DNA from: a virus
Length of the DNA stretch: 64,000 nt
IMG/VR virus record: IMGVR_UViG_3300021964_000047
Location: 1 to 64,000 of that record
Reading direction: 5' to 3' (one strand)
The notes beneath the pieces were generated by a model, which ran no database searches, was not told the origin of the DNA, and saw nothing but the letters and a program-made list of their open reading frames with translations. The position numbers were made by a program, and so were the translations under genes. Shown here piece by piece: positions 39,161 through 48,109 of this stretch (the stretch's first letter is position 1; each line of letters begins with the position of its first letter).

Positions 39161-40023
39161 TCCCTGTCGCAGGTCATAAGCTTGACTTTGGAATGGAATG
39201 GGATGAAGCCCTTGCTCCAATCTCTCCGAACTATACCTTAATTGAGAACGCTGTCTACGAATGCGCTTGGGCTGGTTGTGATACAATTTGGATTGTCGTG
39301 AACGATGATATGGCTCCTCTGCTTCGCTATCGTCTTGGAGAGCGAGTCCAAGATCCTATTTATGTCAACAGCAAGTTCGCCAAGATGCCGAGGAACTATC
39401 AAAAGCATATTCCAATTTTTTATGTTCCTGTTCATCCAAAGGACAGAGATAAAAGAGATTGTCTTGCTTGGTCTGTTATATACGGAGCGGTTACTTGTTT
39501 AAAGGTCTCCGACTTTCTCTCGAAATGGGTCAAGCCAGATAAATATTATGTCTCGTTTCCTTTCTCCGTCTTTTACTCTCCGGACCTCCGAGAACATCGT
39601 CGCCGGATTAGGTCAAAAGATAACTTCTATGTAACAAAAAATGGATTGTCGGTCGAAGACAACCTCTATGCTTCCTTCACGTTCGGAAAGGAAGAATTCG
39701 TTAAATATAGGCGAATAATTAGGCAAAAAGGCACTGGAATGTATGACCGCTCAAGTCCCAAGAATGAAATGGGAAGACACACCGTTCCGCTTCCAATTGA
39801 ACAAAGATATTCAGCTCGTCATTTTGATTTGCAAGATGTCTTTATTGACCTCGATCTAAGCGAAGAGAATTCAATGGAGCCTGCTTGGTACTACGATGTT
39901 GGCTCGTGGGAACAATACTGCGAGTTCCTATCGTCCGAGGAAAGTAAAAAAATAAAACGTCCAAATCCAATTGTAATGGGATATCGAGAATTTAACAAAA
40001 TAGGACTTGACAATCAGGATTAA
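39073..40023 (+). CDS. Sugar-phosphate nucleotidyltransferase-like protein
   Basis: LAGVIPVAG...LAPI...LIENAVYECAWAGCDTIWIV N-terminus and WYYDVGSWEQY C-terminal motif. Confidence 0.65.
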   Translation: MQNEAKGKSPDELNDKPFLDNQNFHLAGVIPVAGHKLDFGMEWDEALAPISPNYTLIENAVYECAWAGCDTIWIVVNDDMAPLLRYRLGERVQDPIYVNSKFAKMPRNYQKHIPIFYVPVHPKDRDKRDCLAWSVIYGAVTCLKVSDFLSKWVKPDKYYVSFPFSVFYSPDLREHRRRIRSKDNFYVTKNGLSVEDNLYASFTFGKEEFVKYRRIIRQKGTGMYDRSSPKNEMGRHTVPLPIEQRYSARHFDLQDVFIDLDLSEENSMEPAWYYDVGSWEQYCEFLSSEESKKIKRPNPIVMGYREFNKIGLDNQD

Positions 40024-40035
40024 ACGTGATATATA
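40007..40035 (+). promoter_or_regulatory. sigma70 promoter, probably giving a leaderless mRNA
   Basis: TTGACA-N17-TATATA; ATG at 40042 with no SD. Confidence 0.6.
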
Positions 40036-40041
40036 TTATAT

Positions 40042-40680
40042 ATGGGATTTCACGAATTACAATACAAGAAACTGTTAAGCGAACTTAAGTTCAAGAACGA
40101 AGAACTTGAGATTCTCGAAGAGTCTATGCACGAGATTCACATGGAGTTTGAGCAATATTATGCAGACTTTTTGAAAAGAAACGAATTATCCAAAGAAGAA
40201 TTAGAACAATCAAAAACGCCACAATTTCAACAATTCAAGAAAGAAATGGCTGCTCCAATGCCCGAGACCGATGAAACCGGCATAGTTGTCGTTGAGCAAA
40301 TGTCCGAGGAAGACAAAGAAGCAAAGGCTGTCTTTGCGAAACTTTATAAAGAAATTGTTAAGAAGTGTCATCCTGATCGGCTATCAACAGATGACATGGA
40401 TTATTTCAATAAAATGAATACACACTTCAAGGCCGCAACATGGGGCTATAACAATGCGAAATGGTCTATTGTCATTAAGGTTGCTGAAGAACTTGGAATA
40501 AAGCCTCCGAATTATAAAAAGATGAATGGTCATCTAAAGCGCGAGGTCAAAGAATTAGATAAAAAATTAAATCATTATAAGAAATCCTTTGGTTACATGC
40601 TTTACGAAGCCGAGGATGAAAGTTCCAAGGACAATATTATTAAAAACTTTATTTTTGCTTTATTTAGGAGGAGATTGTGA
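40042..40680 (+). CDS. J-domain-like (DnaJ HPD motif) coiled-coil protein
   Basis: LYKEIVKKCHPDRL. Confidence 0.7.
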   Translation: MGFHELQYKKLLSELKFKNEELEILEESMHEIHMEFEQYYADFLKRNELSKEELEQSKTPQFQQFKKEMAAPMPETDETGIVVVEQMSEEDKEAKAVFAKLYKEIVKKCHPDRLSTDDMDYFNKMNTHFKAATWGYNNAKWSIVIKVAEELGIKPPNYKKMNGHLKREVKELDKKLNHYKKSFGYMLYEAEDESSKDNIIKNFIFALFRRRL

Positions 40681-40889
40681 GCACAAGAAAAACTATATCG
40701 GTTAGCGAGAACATGCATTTATTTGAGGACATATGTGATGGATCTATTTATCTTGAACTTGAAAATGTTGGCGACTGCACATTTGAATTGTGGACCAATG
40801 AAGACGGAACAACGTCGAGAGCTCTTGTTAGAATTAGCAAAGAAGATCTTGAGAAGATTGTAAATGATTATCGATCACGAGAAAGTTAA
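40677..40889 (+). CDS. Hypothetical protein
   Basis: GTGA overlap with previous stop; strong SD. Confidence 0.6.
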   Translation: MSTRKTISVSENMHLFEDICDGSIYLELENVGDCTFELWTNEDGTTSRALVRISKEDLEKIVNDYRSRES

Positions 40890-41124
40890 AATTGGAACCT
40901 TGGTTCGTCTCGAGGAAGGCTCTTACTATTGTGAGATCGCCCAACAATATGTTCCAGTTTCATATTGCCAAATCGGCTTGGTAATTCATATCTTTAGATA
41001 TGAAGTGTCCTCTTATCCTTGGGCCACATTAGGATACAAGTTCCTTGCCGATGTTGTTGTTGGCCCACACAGGCTAAGAGATGTCCCAGATTTCAAATTG
41101 TATGAGGTGAAGAGTGGCGGCTAG
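40864..41124 (+). CDS. Small KOW/SH3-like protein (KIGTLV)
   Basis: Motif similar to the GDLV family. Confidence 0.5.
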   Translation: MIIDHEKVKIGTLVRLEEGSYYCEIAQQYVPVSYCQIGLVIHIFRYEVSSYPWATLGYKFLADVVVGPHRLRDVPDFKLYEVKSGG

Positions 41125-41497
41125 ATATCCGAGAAAATATTCGAGAGAACAAGAATACGAACAACTTTATAATAATTTCGAGCATCTTTTTTGTACGTCG
41201 TTTTGGGGCTTTGAAATTGGTCCCGGATGGTTTGAGTTCATTGCTGACTTTATTCTTAAAATGGACCGTTATATAACAGAGAACGATTTACCAAGAGAGG
41301 ATTACAGAATCATGCAAGTTAAGAACAAATTCGGAACCTTGCGTATCTATCTTGCTGGCTCCGACTTTTATCTTAACACACTAATCGCAGAGACCGAGGC
41401 TCAAGCGAATGATTGCTGCATTATTTGCGGCAAGAAGGCCCTTGGTTCCATTGGGGTCTACACTCAAATGTGCGAGGAACACGTAAAAGAATTTTAA
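41114..41497 (+). CDS. Hypothetical phage protein with C-terminal CxxC
   Basis: GPGWF...QVKNKFGTLRIY...CIICG...C. Confidence 0.65.
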   Translation: MAARYPRKYSREQEYEQLYNNFEHLFCTSFWGFEIGPGWFEFIADFILKMDRYITENDLPREDYRIMQVKNKFGTLRIYLAGSDFYLNTLIAETEAQANDCCIICGKKALGSIGVYTQMCEEHVKEF

Positions 41498-41507
41498 TAA
41501 AAAATAC

Positions 41508-41536
41508 TTGACAAGTTGCTCTTCGTATGTTATATT
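41508..41536 (+). promoter_or_regulatory. sigma70 promoter for dnaE
   Basis: TTGACA-N17-TATATT with TG extended -10. Confidence 0.82.
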
Positions 41537-41567
41537 GTATACACAAACAAACACGGAGAACAACATT

Positions 41568-44500
41568 ATGCATTATGTTATATTAGATATTCAACCAATT
41601 GCTAACAACACTGGCTATCCACCGTCAGGCTCTACTATTTCAGCCTTTCCTGCTGATCTGATGGCAGATCTAGGATTTACACAGCAGCAGATTGACGCTG
41701 TAACAGTTAATTTTAGTCATAATTCGGTTAAAACAAGAAATGGCTTCTTTGAATTTACGGCAAAGGTCTGCCCAATTCAAAACGCCAATCAAGCAACAGC
41801 TATTGCATCACAACAAATTGTTGCCAAGAATAATCAATTGCAATCAATAATCGCAAAAAATACAAAAGGTTCAATTGATTTTGTCAATCTCCACGGTCAC
41901 TCTGGTGTGGGCTCACCATTTGATGGGTTTGGTTATCCCGAAGACCATATGAACTTTGCTTACAGTAACGGAGCGAAGGCTCTCGCTTTGACCGATCATG
42001 GCAACATGAATGGCTTGGCTTATCAAATTATGTACGCCAAGAAGATGCAAGCCGAAGGTAAAGACTTCAAGCCAATCTTTGGTGTTGAGGCTTATTTCAT
42101 TCCGTCTGTTGAAGAATGGAAAGAACAACTCGAGGAATACAGAAAAGATAAGAAACTCGCAAAGCAGATTGATGATGATCAATCCGGAACCACGATTGAG
42201 AACGAAGGCGACTCAAAAGGTGTAACCAAACATGATATCAATCGCCGTCGTCACTTGATTCTTCTTGCTCAAAACCAAACAGGATTGAATAACATTTTTA
42301 AAATGGTCTCGCAAAGTTACACTGGAGACAACTTCTATCGTTATCCTCGAATTGACTTTGATTTGCTCTCGAAGCATAGCGAAGGCGTTATCGCTGCCTC
42401 TGCTTGCCTTGGCGGTGTCTATGCTGGCTGCTATTGGGAGAACCGAGAAGAAGGTGACGAAGCCGTGCTTCAAGCAATGCGCGAGGTCACAAAGAAATTC
42501 CAAGATATTCTTGGTGATCGTTGGTATGGCGAGTTGCAATGGAACAATATCCCAGAGCAACATGCGCTAAATCAACATATCATTCAAATTTCAAAAGAAA
42601 CTGGTCTAAAGTTGATCTCGACCTGTGATAGTCATTATCCAAGTCCGGACGCTTGGCAATCCAGAGAACTATATAAAAGATTAGGCTGGCTTGGTAAGAA
42701 GCCAGAATGGGCTAACATGGAGTTGCCTCTCTCAACAGAAGAGATTGGATATGAGTTATATCCAAAGAACGGCAACCAAATGTGGAGGTCCTACAAAAAG
42801 TATTCAGAAGAATGTGGAGTAACATATGACGATGAAATCATCCTTAACTCAATTACAGAAACTTACACTATCGCTTTCGATAGAATTGAATCGTTCACCC
42901 CTGACAACACTGTTAGGTTGCCTAATTTTGTCGTTCCTGCTGGGACTGACGCTACAACATACTTGGGCCAACTTGCTTTCGAAGGTCTTGTAAAGTTATT
43001 CGAGGACAGAGATATTGAAAGTAAAGTTCTCTTTGAGAAATATAGCAAGCGTTTAAACGAAGAACTTGATGTTATCAACTCTCGTGGTTTCGCCAAGTAC
43101 TTCTTGACGATGAAAGCGATTGTAGACAAGACAGCCGAGGTTCAACTCGCAGGTCCCGGTCGTGGTTCAGCAGCCGGCTCTCTTGTTGCTTATGCTCTCG
43201 GCATCACTCAAGTCGATCCAATAAAATATGGTCTTCTGTTCTCTCGTTTCCTTCGTTCAGATGCGAAAGATTATCCTGACATTGACTATGATGTGTCTGA
43301 TCCAATGGTTCTCAAAGACAAGTTGATTGATGCTTGGGGCGACAATGTTGTGGTTCCTATTTCAAACTGGAACACTCTTCAATTGAAATCTCTTATCAAA
43401 GACATTGCTCGTCTTTATGAGATTCCGTTTACAGAAGTAAACACTGTGACCTCGAAGATGCTGTCAGAGGCCACGCCTCTTGCTAAAGCAAGACACGGTA
43501 TCAAGGCTGGTGTCTACACTCCAACTCTCACAGAAGTTATGGAATTCTCCGAGTCTCTTCAAAAGTTCTTCAGATCTTATCCTCAAATCGAAAAGCATTG
43601 TCGTGATCTCGCAGGACAAGTTAAGTCCTGTTCCAGACACGCTGGTGGCGTTGTGATTGGTGAGTCGCTCAACGAGTACATGCCGCTTATCTCTTCAAAA
43701 GGTGTTCGCCAAACTCCTTGGTCCGAAGGTCAGAATGTTCGTCAGCTTGAGCCAATGGGCTTCATCAAGTTTGATATTCTCGGTCTCTCAACTCTGCGAA
43801 TGATTGAAGATTGCATTGAGAAGATCCTTCGTCGGCATCACGGCATCGCCAACCCAACGTTCGAGGACATAAAGAAATTTTATGATGCCAATCTTCATCC
43901 AGATAAGATCGACCTTAATGACCAAGAGGTTTACAAGAACATCTTTCACGAAGGCAAATGGATCGGAATCTTCCAATTCACAGAGAACGGAGCACAAACC
44001 TTTGCTCAACAAGTAAAGCCTTGCTCTATCATTGATATCTCTGCTATCACTTCTATTTATCGTCCCGGTCCTTTGTCTGCTGGCGTTGACCGACAGTATG
44101 TTGCCGCTCACAACAACCCTGAAGATGTGAGATACATCAATGATTATGTTCAAGATGTAACAGAAGAGACACACGGCTTTCTTATCTTTCAAGAGCAGAT
44201 TGCTATGTTGGCTCACAAGTTAGGTCGCAACCTTACCTTGGATGAAGGTAATCTTCTTCGTAAGGTTCTCACAAAGAAAGGAACAGGCAAAGGCCACGAG
44301 GTCAAAGATGCTATTCATGAGAAGTTTGTTCTTGGCTGTCAAGACAAAGGCATGCCGCTGTGGCAAGCAGAAGAGCTTTGGCAAACCTTTGAGTATTTCT
44401 CTGGTTATGGTTTCAATAAGTCTCACGCTGTCAGTTATTCTATTATCTCTTATCAATGCGCTTGGTTGTGTCATTACTACTCAACAGAGTGGACAGCGTC

Positions 44501-45302
44501 CTTTTTGGACAAAGAGCCAGAGGCTCGCAAAGAGAAAGCAATCAACTTGGCAAAGCAGCACGGCTATACAATCCAGCCTCTCAATGTTAACAAGTCAGGT
44601 CGTACTTGGGAAATCCTTGACGACACAACACTTGTTGCTCCTTTGACCACAATCAAAGGCCTTGGTGACAAAGCGATTGATCAGATTCTTGCTCACCGAC
44701 CTTTCGAGAACATAGAAGAATTTTTATTTCATGATAAGATTGTATATTCCAAACTTAACAAAAAGTGTTTGGATGCTCTTGCGAGAGCTGGTGCTTTGAA
44801 AGAATTGCAAGACGATCGCTTCACAGGCGACAAGCATTTCTGGACAGCGACATGTGTTGATCGTCCAAGAAAACTAAAGAACCTTGGAGAGAACATTGAG
44901 AAGTATCGTCCTGAAGGCAACTTCACAGACGACGAACGCATTGACTTTCTTGCCAATCTTACAGGCATCTTCCCAATCAATCTTGTGATTGACGAAGGCA
45001 TTCAAAGAAAGCTCGATCAATACTGTATTCCACCAATCTCGGAGTACGACCCAGAACTAGGAATGTGTTGGTGCATTGTTCGCGAGGTCACAAAAAAGAA
45101 AACTAAAGGCGGCAAGTTATTCTATGTCGCCAAGGTTATCGACAATAACTCTGTCGAAACAACAATTCGTTGTTGGTCTGTAAATCCAGAGCGTGATATC
45201 CTGTATATCAATAAGACTTATATGATCAAACCACAATACAACGAAACATGGGGCTTTTCAACCCGAGGGTCCCTTAATAATGCTTGGGTTATGTTAGGTT
45301 AA
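41568..45302 (+). CDS. dnaE: DNA polymerase III alpha subunit (family C)
   Basis: PHP motifs LHGHS, ALTDHG, GVEAY, DSHY; GPGRGSAAGSL; PDIDYD; HAGGVV; KFDILGL; YGFNKSH. Confidence 0.95.
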   Translation: MHYVILDIQPIANNTGYPPSGSTISAFPADLMADLGFTQQQIDAVTVNFSHNSVKTRNGFFEFTAKVCPIQNANQATAIASQQIVAKNNQLQSIIAKNTKGSIDFVNLHGHSGVGSPFDGFGYPEDHMNFAYSNGAKALALTDHGNMNGLAYQIMYAKKMQAEGKDFKPIFGVEAYFIPSVEEWKEQLEEYRKDKKLAKQIDDDQSGTTIENEGDSKGVTKHDINRRRHLILLAQNQTGLNNIFKMVSQSYTGDNFYRYPRIDFDLLSKHSEGVIAASACLGGVYAGCYWENREEGDEAVLQAMREVTKKFQDILGDRWYGELQWNNIPEQHALNQHIIQISKETGLKLISTCDSHYPSPDAWQSRELYKRLGWLGKKPEWANMELPLSTEEIGYELYPKNGNQMWRSYKKYSEECGVTYDDEIILNSITETYTIAFDRIESFTPDNTVRLPNFVVPAGTDATTYLGQLAFEGLVKLFEDRDIESKVLFEKYSKRLNEELDVINSRGFAKYFLTMKAIVDKTAEVQLAGPGRGSAAGSLVAYALGITQVDPIKYGLLFSRFLRSDAKDYPDIDYDVSDPMVLKDKLIDAWGDNVVVPISNWNTLQLKSLIKDIARLYEIPFTEVNTVTSKMLSEATPLAKARHGIKAGVYTPTLTEVMEFSESLQKFFRSYPQIEKHCRDLAGQVKSCSRHAGGVVIGESLNEYMPLISSKGVRQTPWSEGQNVRQLEPMGFIKFDILGLSTLRMIEDCIEKILRRHHGIANPTFEDIKKFYDANLHPDKIDLNDQEVYKNIFHEGKWIGIFQFTENGAQTFAQQVKPCSIIDISAITSIYRPGPLSAGVDRQYVAAHNNPEDVRYINDYVQDVTEETHGFLIFQEQIAMLAHKLGRNLTLDEGNLLRKVLTKKGTGKGHEVKDAIHEKFVLGCQDKGMPLWQAEELWQTFEYFSGYGFNKSHAVSYSIISYQCAWLCHYYSTEWTASFLDKEPEARKEKAINLAKQHGYTIQPLNVNKSGRTWEILDDTTLVAPLTTIKGLGDKAIDQILAHRPFENIEEFLFHDKIVYSKLNKKCLDALARAGALKELQDDRFTGDKHFWTATCVDRPRKLKNLGENIEKYRPEGNFTDDERIDFLANLTGIFPINLVIDEGIQRKLDQYCIPPISEYDPELGMCWCIVREVTKKKTKGGKLFYVAKVIDNNSVETTIRCWSVNPERDILYINKTYMIKPQYNETWGFSTRGSLNNAWVMLG

Positions 45303-45314
45303 ATCGGAGGAAAA

Positions 45315-45734
45315 ATGAAAGTTAAAATTAAAAAATTACACCCTGACGCTGTCATTCCATCATACGCTAAACACGGTGATGCAGGAATGGATATTGTTTC
45401 CATAAGAAAGGAAAAGGATAAGCATAATAACGATGTTCATTATACAGGTATTGCTCTTGAAATACCAGAGGGATATGTTGGGCTTATCTATCCTAGATCT
45501 TCTATTTCAAAAACAAGCTGTGCTTTGCGAAACGCTGTTGGAGTTATTGACTCTGGCTATCGTGGAGAGATCATATTTAAGTTTGCTTGTTCGTCAAATC
45601 TAAATTGCTATAAAGTCGGAGATCGTATTGGCCAACTAATTATTATGCCTTATCCTCAAGTTGAACTTGTAGAAGTCCAAGAACTTTCTGACACTGAACG
45701 AGGTGACGGCGGTTATGGATCAACGGGGGTTTAA
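45315..45734 (+). CDS. dut: Trimeric dUTPase
   Basis: AGMD, PRSS, GVIDSGYRGEI, RIGQL, RGDGGYGSTG. Confidence 0.95.
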   Translation: MKVKIKKLHPDAVIPSYAKHGDAGMDIVSIRKEKDKHNNDVHYTGIALEIPEGYVGLIYPRSSISKTSCALRNAVGVIDSGYRGEIIFKFACSSNLNCYKVGDRIGQLIIMPYPQVELVEVQELSDTERGDGGYGSTGV

Positions 45735-46009
45735 TGAATAGAGCACAACGAAGAGCTGCTGCCAAGCGCAACAAACAGAATGAAAATTCTGAAGTTGAAG
45801 AAAAGATGGCTCTATTCGGTAAGCTGCCTGACGAATGTCAGGCATGCCTTTCCCCGTTCGATAAGAAGGACAGGAACCAAGTTATGACTTGGTCGGTTGT
45901 TGTTCGGTCAGACACCGAACAAGTTAGGCTTTATTGCCCAGACTGTTGGTCAAAGGCTAAAGCAGTTGTTGAAGCATACGAGAAAGAAAATGGACGAGAT
46001 CAAGAATAA
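45734..46009 (+). CDS. Small zinc-binding protein
   Basis: MNRAQRR start; CQAC...CPDC. Confidence 0.65.
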   Translation: MNRAQRRAAAKRNKQNENSEVEEKMALFGKLPDECQACLSPFDKKDRNQVMTWSVVVRSDTEQVRLYCPDCWSKAKAVVEAYEKENGRDQE

Positions 46010-46319
46010 AGAAAAAAGAGTTGTCTTTACGGACACAGATGTTCGACATGCTCAGTTGAGAATACGTCTTCAGCATGACAACCTTTCGCAAGCAGATTTC
46101 TTTCGCGCATTAATTACAGGATATCTTGAAAATGATGGGCGAATTGTAAAGTTTCTTGCTAATTATAAGGAGAAGCATGGCATCCAAAACAAGAAAAAGC
46201 GAGGCCGTGTTGTTGAGGAGATAGAGCAAGGAGAACATCTTTTGGAAAAATTCGGAATCAAAGACGACGAGTTAGAAGGAATCTTTGATATGATTGCAGA
46301 AGAATTTCCCGACCTTTAA
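45990..46319 (+). CDS. Hypothetical protein (possible ribbon-helix-helix)
   Basis: KRVVF...HAQLRIRL...SQADFFRALI pattern. Confidence 0.55.
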   Translation: MDEIKNKEKRVVFTDTDVRHAQLRIRLQHDNLSQADFFRALITGYLENDGRIVKFLANYKEKHGIQNKKKRGRVVEEIEQGEHLLEKFGIKDDELEGIFDMIAEEFPDL

Positions 46320-46374
46320 TTCCTTTTCTTGTTTTGAATAATAATTAATAACAAACCTAGGAGATATTAATATC

Positions 46375-46899
46375 ATGGCTAAAAAACTTTTATCAGAAGC
46401 GCAAGTACGTAAATTTATGGGACTTGCTAATATGGATGCTAATCTTTCTTCAAACTTTCTTAAAGAAATGTATCACAAGCGTGATGATGAAGAAATGATG
46501 AACGAAGAAGAAGAAATGGAAATGGACGCTGATATGGAAGCGAAAATGGACATGGTAGATGCGGCCCCCGAAGGAGGTGATATGGAGGGTGAAGCCGACG
46601 GACCAGACGTAGAACTTGATGAAGAAGAAGTTGCTGACGCACAAGAAGCAATGTCTAAAGTTCAAGCAGTTCTCGACAAACTTATGGGTGGCGCAGGTGC
46701 CGGAATGGATGACATGCCAGCCGAAGAACCCATGGATGACATGGATATGGGCGGAGAAGAAGAGATTGACGCTGATGTAGAAGTTGAACCTACCGAAGAT
46801 GAAATCGTTCAAGAAGTTGCCCGTCGTGTTGCTCGTCGTATCAACGAAGCCGCTCGTGCTCAAAAGAAAGCCGATCGTCTTCTTGGTCGCAAAAAATAA
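46375..46899 (+). CDS. Highly acidic Met/Asp/Glu-rich protein (prohead core/scaffold-like)
   Basis: KKLLSEAQVRKFMGLA N-terminus; several (L/I/M)xE sites; VQEVARRVARRINE C-terminus. Confidence 0.65.
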   Translation: MAKKLLSEAQVRKFMGLANMDANLSSNFLKEMYHKRDDEEMMNEEEEMEMDADMEAKMDMVDAAPEGGDMEGEADGPDVELDEEEVADAQEAMSKVQAVLDKLMGGAGAGMDDMPAEEPMDDMDMGGEEEIDADVEVEPTEDEIVQEVARRVARRINEAARAQKKADRLLGRKK

Positions 46900-46900
46900 C

Positions 46901-46929
46901 TTGACAAATCGTTCATAAACGGTTACAAT
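46901..46929 (+). promoter_or_regulatory. sigma70 promoter
   Basis: TTGACA-N17-TACAAT. Confidence 0.75.
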
Positions 46930-46931
46930 AT

Positions 46932-46958
46932 AAGGAGAGGGCAACCTCTCCTTTTTTT
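46932..46958 (+). terminator. Rho-independent terminator
   Basis: AAGGAGAGG-GCAA-CCTCTCCTT followed by a T run. Confidence 0.85.
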
Positions 46959-46969
46959 ATGGAGGTAAA

Positions 46970-47350
46970 ATGGAAATCATTTTATATGGCCTTTTCTTTA
47001 TAACAGGATACCTTGTTCATAGCACGATTGTTTATGTGTTGTCTCTCGGAATCTCTGTTACAATATATAAGAGAGCCATTGAAGATTGTCTGTTATTATT
47101 TGCAGACAATTATGAAAAGCAAATTCATATGAACGAAGCGCTTTATCTTTCTTTTAAACAAAACGGAGCACCTGATGAGGTGATTGATGATCTTAAGAAG
47201 CGAGACAAGATAAAACTGAAAGAGCATATGAATTCTGTAATCTCGAACATGCTGAAAATCGTCCCGACAAGATTTCGAAACTTAATTGATTTTAATAATT
47301 GGGAAACAGCCGAGAAAGAAATAACAAAAATAATAAAGTCAAGAAAATAA
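46970..47350 (+). CDS. Hypothetical protein with N-terminal TM helix
   Basis: GGAGG SD; hydrophobic N-terminus. Confidence 0.65.
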   Translation: MEIILYGLFFITGYLVHSTIVYVLSLGISVTIYKRAIEDCLLLFADNYEKQIHMNEALYLSFKQNGAPDEVIDDLKKRDKIKLKEHMNSVISNMLKIVPTRFRNLIDFNNWETAEKEITKIIKSRK

Positions 47351-47351
47351 C

Positions 47352-47380
47352 TTGACAACCTATTCAGAACATGTTATATT
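47352..47380 (+). promoter_or_regulatory. sigma70 promoter for clpP
   Basis: TTGACA-N17-TATATT with TG extended -10. Confidence 0.82.
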
Positions 47381-47403
47381 ATATAAGTCATTAGGAGGTA
47401 ATT

Positions 47404-48087
47404 ATGACATTTGGAAAACGTAGAAAAAAAGCTGATGAAGAAATCGATGAAACTTCAGAAGAAACAACCGAACCAACGGAACCAACAAAGCTCAAAATAA
47501 ACCTTGGGCAATTGCTTGGTAACGGAAGTGATAAAGATCCTCGGATTATCGGCTTGTTCGGTGGTGTTGAAGAAGAGAAAGCAGGAGAGCTCTGCTATCA
47601 TCTTATAACAATGTCAGAACCAGAACCGCCTGTATTTGATGAAGAAGGGGAAGAGATTCCACCTGAACTTGTCGAGGACATTACATTTTATATTTCAACA
47701 TACGGCGGCTCTGCTGATGATATGTTCTCAATTTATGATGTAATGAACTTTGCAAAGACTCGTTGCGATGTTGTAACCGTTGGTCTTGGAAAGGTTATGT
47801 CCGCTGGTGTTCTTCTTCTTGCTGCTGGAACCAAAGGAAAGCGCAAGATTGGACGCAACTGTCGTGTTATGATCCACGCTGTCTCTGCTGGTAATGTTGG
47901 AACTATCCATAACCTTGCAAATGAGTTGGAAGAAATTCAGCATCTTCAGGAGGCTTATATTGATGCAATTGTTGAGAACTCGAATTTTACAAAGAGATCT
48001 CTTAAGAAACTTATGGATCGAAAGGTAAATGTATATTTATCTGCTGAAGAGGCCATAGAACATGGAATTGCTGATATTTTGATCTAA
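47404..48087 (+). CDS. clpP: ClpP-family protease
   Basis: ISTYGG, GKVMSAG (catalytic Ser), GTKGKR, MIH, YLSAEEAIEHGIAD. Confidence 0.9.
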   Translation: MTFGKRRKKADEEIDETSEETTEPTEPTKLKINLGQLLGNGSDKDPRIIGLFGGVEEEKAGELCYHLITMSEPEPPVFDEEGEEIPPELVEDITFYISTYGGSADDMFSIYDVMNFAKTRCDVVTVGLGKVMSAGVLLLAAGTKGKRKIGRNCRVMIHAVSAGNVGTIHNLANELEEIQHLQEAYIDAIVENSNFTKRSLKKLMDRKVNVYLSAEEAIEHGIADILI

Positions 48088-48109
48088 TTATAGTAAAAAG
48101 GATTCAATA

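Noticed and set aside
27192-41567. N-terminal extensions predicted for the exonuclease (27192), helicase (29117) and DnaE (41508)
   Set aside because: These TTG starts are the TTG of TTGACA -35 boxes; SD-supported ATGs are at 27459, 29168 and 41568
29168-45302. Inteins or group I introns in helicase, RNR, ThyX or DnaE
   Set aside because: Core motifs are contiguous, lengths are ordinary, and no C...HN splice motifs or LAGLIDADG blocks are visible
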